This document shows positions 18,968-27,987 of a stretch of DNA of 37,923 nucleotides, one piece after another; position 1 is the stretch's first letter; each line of letters begins with the position of its first letter. The stretch lies in the UHGV virus genome UHGV-0060191; one strand, given 5' to 3'. The DNA is from a virus. The position numbers and the translations under genes were made by a program. A model generated the notes under the pieces. That model was not told the origin of the DNA and searched no databases. It saw only the letters and a list, made by a program, of their open reading frames with translations.

Positions 18968-20133
18968 TAGAAAGGCCTTATTCCTGTTAGTCTTGTTGCC
19001 ATAAATTGCATTTCATCCTCTAATGCATAGCGTATTGCATCTATCAGGTGGTTGAACGCGTCTACTGGTTCGTCATTTATGAAATCACCATTTTTATCTC
19101 GTTTGTACTGATAGTTTTTAAACTCTGCAATGGCATTTGTGCAGCTTGGATGTATAACTATTTTTTCAAACTGCTGCATATACTTTAATCCGCTTAGAAC
19201 GCTTCCTTTACCTTTTTTAGCTGCAACAGCGTTAATCCCAAGACTCTGAAATTCCTGTACGCTTTTCGGTTCTGCGCTATCACAAATTACACGTTCTTTT
19301 GTGATATATTGCTTTACCTGTTCCGCACTGTCTTTATTCAAGAGTTTTGTTTGATAAATTTCATTGCAGATATAAAGTTTATTTTGCTCTATCGCACACT
19401 CAACAAACGCAAACGGGTCATTGGAAAAACCCCAGTCAATCCCGTAACGATATTTTGAAAACCTGTTTTTGTCAAAGTCTGCAACCTCAAAGTTTTCAAA
19501 TACAAGCCCTTCTGCGATACCTAATTCACCGAGCCCGTAAACTCTCCAAAAATTATTGTCACCCTTTCTCGCTTCAATACTATTGATTATAGTTTGTTCC
19601 AAAAAAGGGTTGTCTTTGTAGGTTGATAGTATAAGTTTTGCTTTTTCCGCTTCATCTTTAAAGATTTTTTCGTGAACCCAAAATTCATTTGTGGGGTTAT
19701 AATCAATAAAGATATTATTTCTAGTTCTGATAAGCAGCTGTTCAACAATATTGTAATGCAGATGATTTGCTTCATTCAAGTACAAATAATCACGTCTGCC
19801 GCCATGAGCTGAACCAAGCTTATCAAAAGATAAAAAAGCTATTGTTCCTTTTCCTGCGGAAAATATTTTGTCTGATGATTTATAATGCTTGTAAAAATCT
19901 ATGCCAAATTGATTACAAACAGAAGGCATATCATTTAACACACCCTGTTTCAAGTGAGGAACAGACAGCCCCACTATGTCGATTTTTACTTTATACTTTA
20001 ATGCAATTATTACAAGCAATTGAAGGATAGAAAAAGTTTTTGTGCTTGATGTCCCGCCCTGGTTAATTATGTACCTGAAATTCTCTTTTAAAGCACCCGC
20101 ATTTTTTCTAAAAACAGGTGATAACTTTAACAT
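18967..20133 (-). CDS. terL: Terminase large subunit (PBSX/SPP1 type)
   Basis: QGGTSSTKT Walker A, LYLNEA Walker B, DYNP, GIDWGFSNDP and NHLIDAIRYA. Confidence 0.96.
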   Translation of the reverse strand: MLKLSPVFRKNAGALKENFRYIINQGGTSSTKTFSILQLLVIIALKYKVKIDIVGLSVPHLKQGVLNDMPSVCNQFGIDFYKHYKSSDKIFSAGKGTIAFLSFDKLGSAHGGRRDYLYLNEANHLHYNIVEQLLIRTRNNIFIDYNPTNEFWVHEKIFKDEAEKAKLILSTYKDNPFLEQTIINSIEARKGDNNFWRVYGLGELGIAEGLVFENFEVADFDKNRFSKYRYGIDWGFSNDPFAFVECAIEQNKLYICNEIYQTKLLNKDSAEQVKQYITKERVICDSAEPKSVQEFQSLGINAVAAKKGKGSVLSGLKYMQQFEKIVIHPSCTNAIAEFKNYQYKRDKNGDFINDEPVDAFNHLIDAIRYALEDEMQFMATRLTGIRPF

Positions 20134-20501
20134 CAGATATCCTCTATTAGTTCTTTATCTTCTTCTGAACCAACAACAACATTAATACCTTTTGCAGAGA
20201 TTTCTTGTTTATCAACAGGCTTCTCGCCTAAAGTATCTCTTATTGCAAGATATGCCGATACATCGCCTTTGGTTGCCTTTTTTATTAAAGCTGTTGTTAT
20301 GGACATATCGTTTTGTTCGCCTGTGTCCTCATCAGCAAGCAGCAATGCTATTTCAAGCAGCTCTTTTAGCTTCTTCCTCTCCCGTCTAACTTCGCCTGAT
20401 TTGATACCGCCCATTTGCGCTATTTTTCTCTGTTCTTCCTTTGTTAATTCATTAAAAGGAATTAAATTTTTATCAGTTTTACGCTTCTTTTTTTTAGCCA
20501 T
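20133..20501 (-). CDS. terS: Terminase small subunit
   Basis: NLIPF...RKIAQMGGIKSGEVRR...A.KGD..A..AIRDTLGEKP, coupled to terL; start placed at MAKKKK. Confidence 0.8.
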   Translation of the reverse strand: MAKKKKRKTDKNLIPFNELTKEEQRKIAQMGGIKSGEVRRERKKLKELLEIALLLADEDTGEQNDMSITTALIKKATKGDVSAYLAIRDTLGEKPVDKQEISAKGINVVVGSEEDKELIEDI

Positions 20502-20505
20502 AAAA

Positions 20506-20967
20506 TCACCTGATATACTGTCCTGTTTCACTGCATAACGGGCTACCCGCCATGACTTTAATCTTTATTCCCCGTCCCTGCGCAAATGCAATCCACTGCT
20601 CTAAGCATTCTCTTTGTTTTGTACGCTTTTCATCTGCACAGTCGAAGTCACATCCCGCAAAAAGAATCTCCTCATATCCTTTTAAAATCGCATAAGCTAA
20701 CATGTAACTCATTGAAGATGCAAAGTAGCGATGATTTACAATTGTCCTTCCTTCAATAGGAATCCGGCGAAGCTTATACACTTCCTCAAACGGGAAGTTG
20801 GCTTGAGTAATAATACCTTCGATTTTTTCTTGTTTGTGCAGGTCAAACCACAAATCATAACGCTTGAATTTGTCTTGATGATGGTTTAATCCCCAGACCT
20901 CATAATCAGAATCCCAGTCAAAGTTTTTTAGAGATTCGCCTACACCTAATATTGCTAATTTTTCCAT
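20506..20967 (-). CDS. Rossmann-like protein resembling Maf/DUF115 or sialyltransferase-like folds
   Basis: LAILGVGES...VWGLN...SSMSYMLAYAILKGYEEILFAGCD. Confidence 0.55.
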   Translation of the reverse strand: MEKLAILGVGESLKNFDWDSDYEVWGLNHHQDKFKRYDLWFDLHKQEKIEGIITQANFPFEEVYKLRRIPIEGRTIVNHRYFASSMSYMLAYAILKGYEEILFAGCDFDCADEKRTKQRECLEQWIAFAQGRGIKIKVMAGSPLCSETGQYIR

Positions 20968-20972
20968 AATCT

Positions 20973-21020
20973 AAAAAAAACAGAGTGAATAATATGACGA
21001 AATGAGGGATGTTCACCCTG
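20973..21020 (-). terminator. Terminator-like hairpin early in the late operon
   Basis: Minus strand CAGGGTGAACA-18 nt-TATTCACTCTG followed by T8. Confidence 0.6.
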
Positions 21021-21031
21021 AATAACTGCAT

Positions 21032-21412
21032 CTACATAGTTGAGTAGTTTGTATGTATTGTATTTAGGATTTCGTATTGTCCGTTGAAGTTTTTACGTGT
21101 TTGTTCGTAAATCGGGTTACCTTTAATATCTTTTTTGCGTGTTTTAAGAAAATCTCCGTAAAAAACGTTTTGATTTGAGAAAGAGCCTTGTTTTGTATTG
21201 TTCTTTTTGTGTTCAATTCTTCTGATAAAACGCTCTTTTTCAGTTTTTGCACGTGCACCGATAAAACACGAAGTCTTAAACATTGTCTTTGTTTTGTGAA
21301 ATATCCTTGCAACAGGTGTTTTGTTTATGCCGCAATACGCAAATTCAAGCCATTTAGAACCTAATTTATATACACAATCAGGCTCGTACAGTTCATTGTT
21401 CAGTACCAGCAA
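21032..21412 (-). CDS. Basic hypothetical protein, first gene of the late transcript
   Basis: TTG start with AGGAG SD. Confidence 0.6.
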   Translation of the reverse strand: MLVLNNELYEPDCVYKLGSKWLEFAYCGINKTPVARIFHKTKTMFKTSCFIGARAKTEKERFIRRIEHKKNNTKQGSFSNQNVFYGDFLKTRKKDIKGNPIYEQTRKNFNGQYEILNTIHTNYSTM

Positions 21413-21513
21413 AAGGACGCTCCTATCCTACCCCGTATTGTAAAAACCTCTACTGACAGCCGCCGTTATTTCAGGATATTTAAGACTGCCCCATTTTTTA
21501 CCGGGCTATTGTT

Positions 21514-21547
21514 ATTATAGCAAATTATTTTGTCCCTAAAGGGACAA
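21514..21547 (-). promoter_or_regulatory. Putative activator-dependent late promoter
   Basis: Extended -10 TGCTATAAT (21514-21522) with palindrome TTGTCCCT-AA-AGGGACAA (21530-21547) over the -35 region, just downstream of the LuxR-type gene. Confidence 0.7.
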
Positions 21548-21551
21548 GTTT

Positions 21552-21752
21552 TTAAATAATACCGTTTGATTTTGCAATGATTGCTTCGCGCACAAGGGAA
21601 GAACGATTTTTTACATTAAAGGTGTTAAATAAATGTTTTATTTTACGTTTTATGCTTCTTTCACAGTATCCTGTTTTATCCGCTATCTGCTGGTTTGTGC
21701 TGCCGCTAATCAATTCCTCTAATATATCTTTTTGTTCTTCCGTAAGCTTCAT
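21552..21752 (-). CDS. LuxR/GerE-type HTH protein, probable late activator
   Basis: LTEEQKDILEELISGSTNQQIAD...SIKRKIKHLFNTFNVKNR. Confidence 0.85.
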   Translation of the reverse strand: MKLTEEQKDILEELISGSTNQQIADKTGYCERSIKRKIKHLFNTFNVKNRSSLVREAIIAKSNGII

Positions 21753-21761
21753 AAAATCTCC

Positions 21762-22205
21762 TCAATAAGCTAAAAAATAAACCAGAGCGAGCGCGTTTTT
21801 GAACACGCCCATTTCGTTATTATTTTTGTCTAAAAACTTATATCCTTTTCGCAGCCATTCAAGATGTATTGCCGGATTGTTCAAGATAAAATCGTGCCAG
21901 TATTTTGTTTCAGTTCTTACAGGAATCAGCATACATGTTGTATTACCTTCTTGCTGTTCTTTGAATGCTTTTTCTATCCACTTTTTGCATTCATTGAATG
22001 GCGGGTTGCACCAGTTGTATTGCTCCCATTCAGCTGTGAGCCCGTCTGATTGGCCCTCTATAAAATAATTATCTGCTGGTACGTTCTTTTCAGAGCAGCA
22101 CACATCACAGCCAAATTTGTCTATGCCGAAAAACTTCAAAGCTTTTTCGTAGAGTTCCGGTGGGGTTTTGTAGTCGTTCGAATTGTATTTGTAGTTGTAT
22201 TTCAT
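21762..22205 (-). CDS. Phage DNA N6-adenine methyltransferase (Dam family, orphan)
   Basis: YKTPPELY, DVCCS, WCNPPF and MLIPVRTETKYWHD. Confidence 0.9.
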   Translation of the reverse strand: MKYNYKYNSNDYKTPPELYEKALKFFGIDKFGCDVCCSEKNVPADNYFIEGQSDGLTAEWEQYNWCNPPFNECKKWIEKAFKEQQEGNTTCMLIPVRTETKYWHDFILNNPAIHLEWLRKGYKFLDKNNNEMGVFKNALALVYFLAY

Positions 22206-22220
22206 GTTATTTAGAACCTT

Positions 22221-22421
22221 TTACAATGAAGTTAAGTAATAATTTATTGTGTTGATTGTTTTTACAGTTGCTTTGTTGTGTGCAAGCAGTGTCTGAATTG
22301 GGTATTCACTCAACCCCATGTCTAATGCGAGCTCATAGGTCGAGATTTTTCGCTGCTGTTTTAGCTTTTCAATTTTCTTTGCTATTTTTGCGGCATCTTG
22401 AGAGCTTGCGAAGACATGCAT
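22221..22421 (-). CDS. Small HTH-like protein
   Basis: ISTYELALDMGLS HTH-like pattern; translationally coupled. Confidence 0.6.
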   Translation of the reverse strand: MHVFASSQDAAKIAKKIEKLKQQRKISTYELALDMGLSEYPIQTLLAHNKATVKTINTINYYLTSL

Positions 22422-22888
22422 TATTCTTCTCCTTTCGCCTTGCGGATGATGTCGAGGATATCATCGCAAATAACCAGAGTTGAACCTGCGTACTTAATGT
22501 GTGTTTTATCTAATGTTACAATCTTCTCAATCTCATCAAGGGCTTGCTTGAGTTTTTGGTTTTCTTTTTCCAATTCTTGCAAGCAATACTCGTTTGCATC
22601 AGCATTCTTTTTAGCTAGGTTAACAACTGTTTCGTATTTAACATTTAACTCTTCGATTTCATTTGATAGCTCCTCGCACTCTGCCTTTTTGCGTTGGAGT
22701 TGTTTGTATAACTTTTCATAGTTAGAGTATTCAACAACTGGTCTAAGGTTGCATTTTTTTGAGTTTGTAGATTTAAGTTTGCAGTATCTATGCTCTAAAT
22801 CCACACAGATGGGCAGTCCAGTCTGTCCATACTTACAAATATATAGAACATCCACGCCATCAATCATTATCTGTTCGTTAGTTGTCAT
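22421..22888 (-). CDS. Hypothetical Cys-containing coiled-coil protein
   Basis: Member of the coupled early operon. Confidence 0.7.
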   Translation of the reverse strand: MTTNEQIMIDGVDVLYICKYGQTGLPICVDLEHRYCKLKSTNSKKCNLRPVVEYSNYEKLYKQLQRKKAECEELSNEIEELNVKYETVVNLAKKNADANEYCLQELEKENQKLKQALDEIEKIVTLDKTHIKYAGSTLVICDDILDIIRKAKGEE

Positions 22889-23063
22889 TGTTTATCTCTG
22901 CCTCCATTTCTGCAATTAGACTGTCAACATCTCCCATCAAGCCTGAGAAATCGTCATAAGCAATGGAATAACCTTTATCAAGCCTATCGACATTTACAGC
23001 CTTACATTCTTCAAGTGCAATTTTTAGTTTAAAAAGCTTTGCTTTGAATATTAATTTTTTCAT
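22878..23063 (-). CDS. Hypothetical protein
   Basis: GGAGGTG SD; overlaps its neighbours. Confidence 0.7.
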   Translation of the reverse strand: MKKLIFKAKLFKLKIALEECKAVNVDRLDKGYSIAYDDFSGLMGDVDSLIAEMEAEINNDN

Positions 23064-23343
23064 TGTTCACCTCCTGTACGTCTAAGATTTGCAGGATTTG
23101 CCTGGATAGCCCATTGCGTCCTAAGTGGATGCAATCTCCACAGGAAACTTCTTGTTTAAGTCTTGCTTGTTTATCCTTACAACTACAACAATTGTCAATT
23201 TCTTTCTTACACAACTCCACAATCTGCTTTATCTTGCAGTCTGTACGGTCTTTGCAAGGAATTTCATCAGGTAATTCACTATCCCAACAATTATTTGTAT
23301 AAGGCTCTATTCGAGGACAGCTTTTTACTATGTATTTACTCAT
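23029..23343 (-). CDS. Cys-rich hypothetical protein
   Basis: Multiple Cys (CCSC, CGDC); coupled overlap. Confidence 0.7.
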   Translation of the reverse strand: MSKYIVKSCPRIEPYTNNCWDSELPDEIPCKDRTDCKIKQIVELCKKEIDNCCSCKDKQARLKQEVSCGDCIHLGRNGLSRQILQILDVQEVNNEKINIQSKAF

Positions 23344-23800
23344 CTTCCAAAATCCTCTTTACTTCTGATTTGTCGAGTTCGTTTGATTTGATTAACTCTA
23401 TCGTTAACTCTGCTAAAACATTTTCAAACTTACTTGCAGCAACGAGCACTGGTTCTTTATCCATATAACATTTTTGTTCTTTGAAATATGTCACCTTTTG
23501 GAACCAAAAGTCTTCGCCTGCGCCATATGGCACTAAATGTATACTCAATTCACAGATATTCCTGCTTTTACATATCAGCTTAATCAGCTCCAGTTGCTTT
23601 GCGGGAGTGAAGGGCGGATAATATTTTATTACTCTCTTTACCTTTATATCTCCTTTTTTTAAAGCTTTAAAATAAATAGGCATATCTTCTCTTCGAGCTT
23701 CATATTCATTATTGAAAAATAAAACAATGTATCTGAATTTCTGTTTCACTCCCGCCACTTTCATCATTTGTTCTATGTGGTTAGTCATTATTAGCCTCAA
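23336..23800 (-). CDS. Hypothetical protein
   Basis: Operon member; likely start MTNHIE. Confidence 0.7.
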   Translation of the reverse strand: MRLIMTNHIEQMMKVAGVKQKFRYIVLFFNNEYEARREDMPIYFKALKKGDIKVKRVIKYYPPFTPAKQLELIKLICKSRNICELSIHLVPYGAGEDFWFQKVTYFKEQKCYMDKEPVLVAASKFENVLAELTIELIKSNELDKSEVKRILEDE

Positions 23801-24068
23801 TTCTTAAATCCTTACAAAATGTTCTTTTTTGAGTTTGAAATGGGTTATTAAAATCGCGGATAGAAACGTCAAACATTGGAGATTGTAAATTCTCTGTCGC
23901 TAAATCTTTATCCACTACATATAATCGCCCTTCGTAAATTTTTTTGTCATCACAAAAAACACTGCCTACTGATTTATCAAATCTTTTGTCAATCTTAAAA
24001 TTCACTATTATCAACAAAAATGGACTAAAGACAATTAGCAAAAAAATAATAATTACATCTTTACCCAT
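23781..24068 (-). CDS. Hypothetical membrane-anchored protein
   Basis: N-terminal hydrophobic helix. Confidence 0.65.
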   Translation of the reverse strand: MGKDVIIIFLLIVFSPFLLIIVNFKIDKRFDKSVGSVFCDDKKIYEGRLYVVDKDLATENLQSPMFDVSIRDFNNPFQTQKRTFCKDLRIEANND

Positions 24069-24109
24069 ACACCCACTCTGCCTCTCTGATTGATAGTTCT
24101 TTAGCCATC

Positions 24110-24598
24110 CTACACCCCGCTCTTAATCATCTTAATAAGACGTTCTTCGCCTATGCGCTCAATGGCTTTGACTCTGAAGTTAGAGACTAAACAATAGATT
24201 ACACCTTGTAATTTGTATACTGTACTTCTATTAAATGATAAGCAGCCTTCAGCATCGAGATAATCAATGCAATACTTGTATTGTTCAGCGTTACTCCAAT
24301 CAATAACCTCATCGCCGTTTAACTCTTCTGCCAGCGCTCTTAGCTCTGCTTTTGTCTTGAGGTTTTCAGACTGTTCTTTGGCTTCTTCTTTTGTTTGGAA
24401 GCAGTTGCCTTGAGAATATAGATATTGGTCTTCAAAGCAATTTTCCCACTTCAATTCGCCTACATGGCCAAATAAGCCTACATAATAATACTTTTCACCA
24501 CAATCAGGCTTCCACCTCTTGCCTTTCTTCTGGTTTTTCAGCTTCTCAATTTCTTTGCCGAGTTCTTCGTATTTTTGTTCTAGTTCTTGTAATTTCAT
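24110..24598 (-). CDS. Conserved-looking phage hypothetical protein
   Basis: N-terminal coiled coil, then RWKP...YYYV...GNCFQTKEEA. Confidence 0.75.
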   Translation of the reverse strand: MKLQELEQKYEELGKEIEKLKNQKKGKRWKPDCGEKYYYVGLFGHVGELKWENCFEDQYLYSQGNCFQTKEEAKEQSENLKTKAELRALAEELNGDEVIDWSNAEQYKYCIDYLDAEGCLSFNRSTVYKLQGVIYCLVSNFRVKAIERIGEERLIKMIKSGV

Positions 24599-24865
24599 TT
24601 TATCGCCTTTCTTAGTTCTACAACTGTTGTTAAATCGTGTTCTTTCAATCGTTTCATAAGCTTTTTGTATTCTTTTTCATCTTCTATCTCGCCGTATCTG
24701 TGGATGCGCTCCATTTGGAAAACAAAGTTTTTGTGATATCAATTCAACTGTTTTGCGTTTCTCCTCATGTACTTTTTTCAGATAATTATTGAGGGATATT
24801 TGAAATAATTTAAAATTCCCCAAAACAGGGTTTAAAACCTTGAAAACTTTAATAATGCTCACCAT
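24595..24865 (-). pseudogene. Small gene apparently split by a 1-nt frameshift near 24719-24722
   Basis: Upstream frame overlaps the dnaB end; downstream frame (...QMERIHRYGE...RKAIK) lacks an SD but ends ATGA-coupled to the next gene. Confidence 0.45.
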
Positions 24866-26075
24866 CGTCAAAAATCCTTTGTGCTTGTAAATCTATCCGA
24901 AGCGGCGTAACAACATTTGATTCACCGTTTCTATTCTTTGCGGTAATAAAATACAACAGCGACTGGCTTGTTTCTTTGTCGTAATATCCCGGGCGGTAAA
25001 CAAAACTGACTATATCCGCATCGTTTTCTATTTGTCCGGAATCTTTTAAGTCTGAAAGCAGAGGTGTTTTGTCTTTGCGTTCTTTTATTGCTCTGCTAAG
25101 CTGGACAAGAACAATAAAAGGTTTACCTGTTTCTTTTGCAAGCATTTTTATCGCACGGGAGTTTTCGCTGACTTTTTCATATACAGTTCTGCCGTGTTTG
25201 TTAGGGATTAGCCCTAAATAATCAATAAAAATTACATCCGCATCTGATTTTTTGCAGATTTTCCTCATCTTTTCCAAGTCTACATCCGGGTCAGTACAAA
25301 GATAGATAGGAAAGTATTTCAGATTTTCGGCTGCTTCCTGATACTTGTTCTGCTCATTCGCATTCAAGTTAAAGGCTCTAAATTTCCATGAGCCTATGCC
25401 GGTTTCAGAGCAAATAAGCCTGTTTTGTAAAGAGGCTTTCCCCATTTCGTAGCTAAAAACCAGACATTTTGTATTTCTTTCCGCCATTTTTCTAAGCAGG
25501 TTTAATGCAAAACATGTTTTGCCCATGGATGTGGCACCTGCAATAACGACATAATCACCGCCAAAGAGACTGCCTATTTTGCTATCGATTGATTTATAGC
25601 CTGTTAAAACAGCGTTTTCCTGTTTATCATAATAGTCACAGATTAAACTTTCTGCTCCGTCAGAGATGTGCACAATGCTTGATGCATCGGCACAAAAGTC
25701 TCTAACCTCCTGGATTTTTTCAAGGTCTGCTGTTGAAGAGGCCTCTTTAATGAGTCTGTCGATATAGGCATTTTGCAGCTTTTTTACAAAATACGCATAG
25801 TTTACATTGCCAACAAACTCATCATAAATCTGTTCAATTACTTTTGCCTGTTCTTCATTGCCGATTATCTCCATAATCGCAAACTTGTTAACCTCCTGAT
25901 GTGTATTTTTCAGGTGCTGGCACACCTCAAATACAGTGCGATGAAAGCTTTGAGTAAACATTTCAGGCAGCAGTGAGTTTATAATTGAATCTTTGTTCCC
26001 GAGTTTATCGCCCAGTATCATCGAGAGGATTTCTCTTTCGTATTGTTTAAGCAAAACCGTTGTAACTGTGCTCAA
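24849..26075 (-). CDS. dnaB: DnaB-like replicative helicase
   Basis: AGATSMGKT, IFIDYLGLI, QLSR, LSDLKDSGQIENDAD and AKNRNG. Confidence 0.95.
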   Translation of the reverse strand: MSTVTTVLLKQYEREILSMILGDKLGNKDSIINSLLPEMFTQSFHRTVFEVCQHLKNTHQEVNKFAIMEIIGNEEQAKVIEQIYDEFVGNVNYAYFVKKLQNAYIDRLIKEASSTADLEKIQEVRDFCADASSIVHISDGAESLICDYYDKQENAVLTGYKSIDSKIGSLFGGDYVVIAGATSMGKTCFALNLLRKMAERNTKCLVFSYEMGKASLQNRLICSETGIGSWKFRAFNLNANEQNKYQEAAENLKYFPIYLCTDPDVDLEKMRKICKKSDADVIFIDYLGLIPNKHGRTVYEKVSENSRAIKMLAKETGKPFIVLVQLSRAIKERKDKTPLLSDLKDSGQIENDADIVSFVYRPGYYDKETSQSLLYFITAKNRNGESNVVTPLRIDLQAQRIFDDGEHY

Positions 26076-26892
26076 TGTCTGTCTCCTTTGTGTTATTTTC
26101 TATTTCAACAGCGTTAAATTCGCCGTTTATAACCCTTGCAAAGTTGTTGTCTTTCAAAAGCCAGTTTGCACCCGGTTTATAGTTGATATCGTCAAACTTT
26201 ATTTCTTTCAGGCGAGCCAAAGCTACAGGCAGCAGATTTTCAAAATCTTCAATGTCTGTTAGCAGCTCTGTTATTTTGCTGCAGTCTTCACGAGTTAGAA
26301 CAGGAGCTATGCCAAAAACTTTCTTGTATTCTTCGATGAATTTTGTTTTTGTGTCATTTATGAAAGGGTCAATCTTTTTTTGTTTATTTTTTTTCTTTCC
26401 CTTTCCTCTTTCCTTTTCCCTTTCCCGATTTCTTCCGCCGGAAACCGAGTTTCTTCCGCCGGAAACTACGCAACTTTCGGGTTTCTTCCGGAACATTCCG
26501 CCGGAAACTCCAAAATACTCGCATATTTTTTCGTAGCTAAAAAGGGCATTTTGTCGTTTTCGATAAGCATCGGAAACACGCTTAACAAAATTTTCTGAAT
26601 AGATAATTTTATTATCCCAAAGGTGTTTATCAATACACTCTAACTCTGCCAATGTGTTCAAAATGCCTTTAACGCGGGTTTCCGGCATTCTGAATATGGA
26701 GTAAAAGAGTTTCCATTGACCTTCCGCTCTTAAGTCAATAGCGTGATAGTCACTTCTGCCAAGCTTTTGCAATAGCTTAACCCATACAACAAATCCGTCA
26801 TTGCCGTACATATTTTCTATTGCTTCCAAAGAATCCCCGAATTTGCAATCAAGGGGGAAGTAGTCTACAGTTGCTTTGCTTGGTCTTGCCAT
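26047..26892 (-). CDS. Replication initiator protein (DUF4373/Lin1244-like N-terminus)
   Basis: MARPSKATVDYFPLD...YGNDG N-terminus, internal iterons, NWLLKDNNFARVINGEF C-terminal motif, upstream of dnaB. Confidence 0.85.
   Translation of the reverse strand: MARPSKATVDYFPLDCKFGDSLEAIENMYGNDGFVVWVKLLQKLGRSDYHAIDLRAEGQWKLFYSIFRMPETRVKGILNTLAELECIDKHLWDNKIIYSENFVKRVSDAYRKRQNALFSYEKICEYFGVSGGMFRKKPESCVVSGGRNSVSGGRNREREKERGKGKKKNKQKKIDPFINDTKTKFIEEYKKVFGIAPVLTREDCSKITELLTDIEDFENLLPVALARLKEIKFDDINYKPGANWLLKDNNFARVINGEFNAVEIENNTKETDIEHSYNGFA
26429..26508. repeat. Iterons / probable replication origin
   Basis: TTTCTTCCGCCGGAAAC at 26429 and 26450 (21-bp period), variants at 26482 and 26496; adjacent T/pyrimidine-rich tract ~26340-26425. 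Confidence 0.85.
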
Positions 26893-27191
26893 TATTTTTC
26901 ACCTATTATTGTTTTTGTTTGAACGTCTTTCGGATGTCCGAATTTTTTAACCAATGCTATTACGTACTTTTTCATCTGGCATTTGTATCTTGTGCCTTTA
27001 AAATATTCGCTGTACTTACAGCCGTCGCACACGCAGCCTCTGTCCAGGCATTCCTTTGCCGACATTGTCCATCTTCGTAATATTGTTGGTTCTATCTGTT
27101 TTTTATACATGCTTCTGCTCTGATATCTGATAAGAAAAAGGGGCATATATTCGGGTCTGGCATGATGGATATGCCCCTGAAGATGTTCCAT
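26892..27191 (-). CDS. Cys-rich hypothetical protein
   Basis: RWTMSAKECLDRGCVCDGC...CQMK. Confidence 0.7.
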   Translation of the reverse strand: MEHLQGHIHHARPEYMPLFLIRYQSRSMYKKQIEPTILRRWTMSAKECLDRGCVCDGCKYSEYFKGTRYKCQMKKYVIALVKKFGHPKDVQTKTIIGEK

Positions 27192-27207
27192 TATCTTGGA
27201 GAAGGAG

Positions 27208-27987
27208 TTAAGAGTTAATTGTTTTTTGACAGGCCATACATAAAGTCCTGCCGAATTTTTCTGTTGAGTAATTAGCCACTTTCTCGGTTATTCCGGCACC
27301 GCAATCGTCACAGTAGAAATCTTTTGCAGCTTGTGTATCCTGCTTAATTTTGTTTACTACTGGCTGCACTGTTGGTTGGGTTTCAGAAGGCAGGTCATCA
27401 AAATCTTGAGTAAATATTTCTGAAAGACTTGCAACTGTCAATACTGCGTCAATTTGCGCACGCTTTTTTGCCATTTTAAGGATGGTGTTGGCTTTTGAAT
27501 TGGCATCAGCTTCTATCTCATATTTGTAAAAAGTACCCTTTGCTGATTCAATCTTTTTCTTTTTCAATAGTTCTTTGTCAGTTCCGGGCGGGAGGTCTTT
27601 TTCATATACAAATTCGTAAGCCCATTTTTTTTCTTTTGAGTTTGCATGGCCTAAGCCCTCGGTTATCTTTTGACCGTTCTTGAGCAGCGTACATTTTACT
27701 GTGTAAGCAAAAAAGCCTTTGTCCTCAAAACTTTCAGTGTGTTCAACAAGTTCGTAACTTGAGGTAATACTTAAAGCCATAAGAATTTTCTCCGCCCCCG
27801 GTTTTAAAAGTGTGGGTTTGTCTCCGCAGCCTTGAATTTTACCGTAATCATGGTTTTCTGTAAGTATGTTTTTTAATGTGCTTTGAAGCGTTTTAACCTT
27901 TGTAAGTGTTGCTGAAACAAGATTTACATCTAAGTCATTGATTAAAGACAGCTGCGGTATTGTTTCTACTATTGCGTTTTGTGCCAT
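27208..27987 (-). CDS. Probable single-strand annealing recombinase with C-terminal Zn finger
   Basis: Coupled to the YqaJ nuclease; KPTLLKPGAEKI, NTILKMAKKRA and SEIFTQD; CDDC...CMAC. Confidence 0.6.
   Translation of the reverse strand: MAQNAIVETIPQLSLINDLDVNLVSATLTKVKTLQSTLKNILTENHDYGKIQGCGDKPTLLKPGAEKILMALSITSSYELVEHTESFEDKGFFAYTVKCTLLKNGQKITEGLGHANSKEKKWAYEFVYEKDLPPGTDKELLKKKKIESAKGTFYKYEIEADANSKANTILKMAKKRAQIDAVLTVASLSEIFTQDFDDLPSETQPTVQPVVNKIKQDTQAAKDFYCDDCGAGITEKVANYSTEKFGRTLCMACQKTINS

Noticed and set aside
24690..24790. TGA read-through or alternative genetic code
   Set aside because: TGA, TAG and TAA all act as normal coupled stops elsewhere and core genes are intact in the standard code
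26429..26508. Possible mini-CRISPR array
   Set aside because: Spacers are only a few nt, the repeats lie inside the initiator gene and there are no cas genes; they fit iterons
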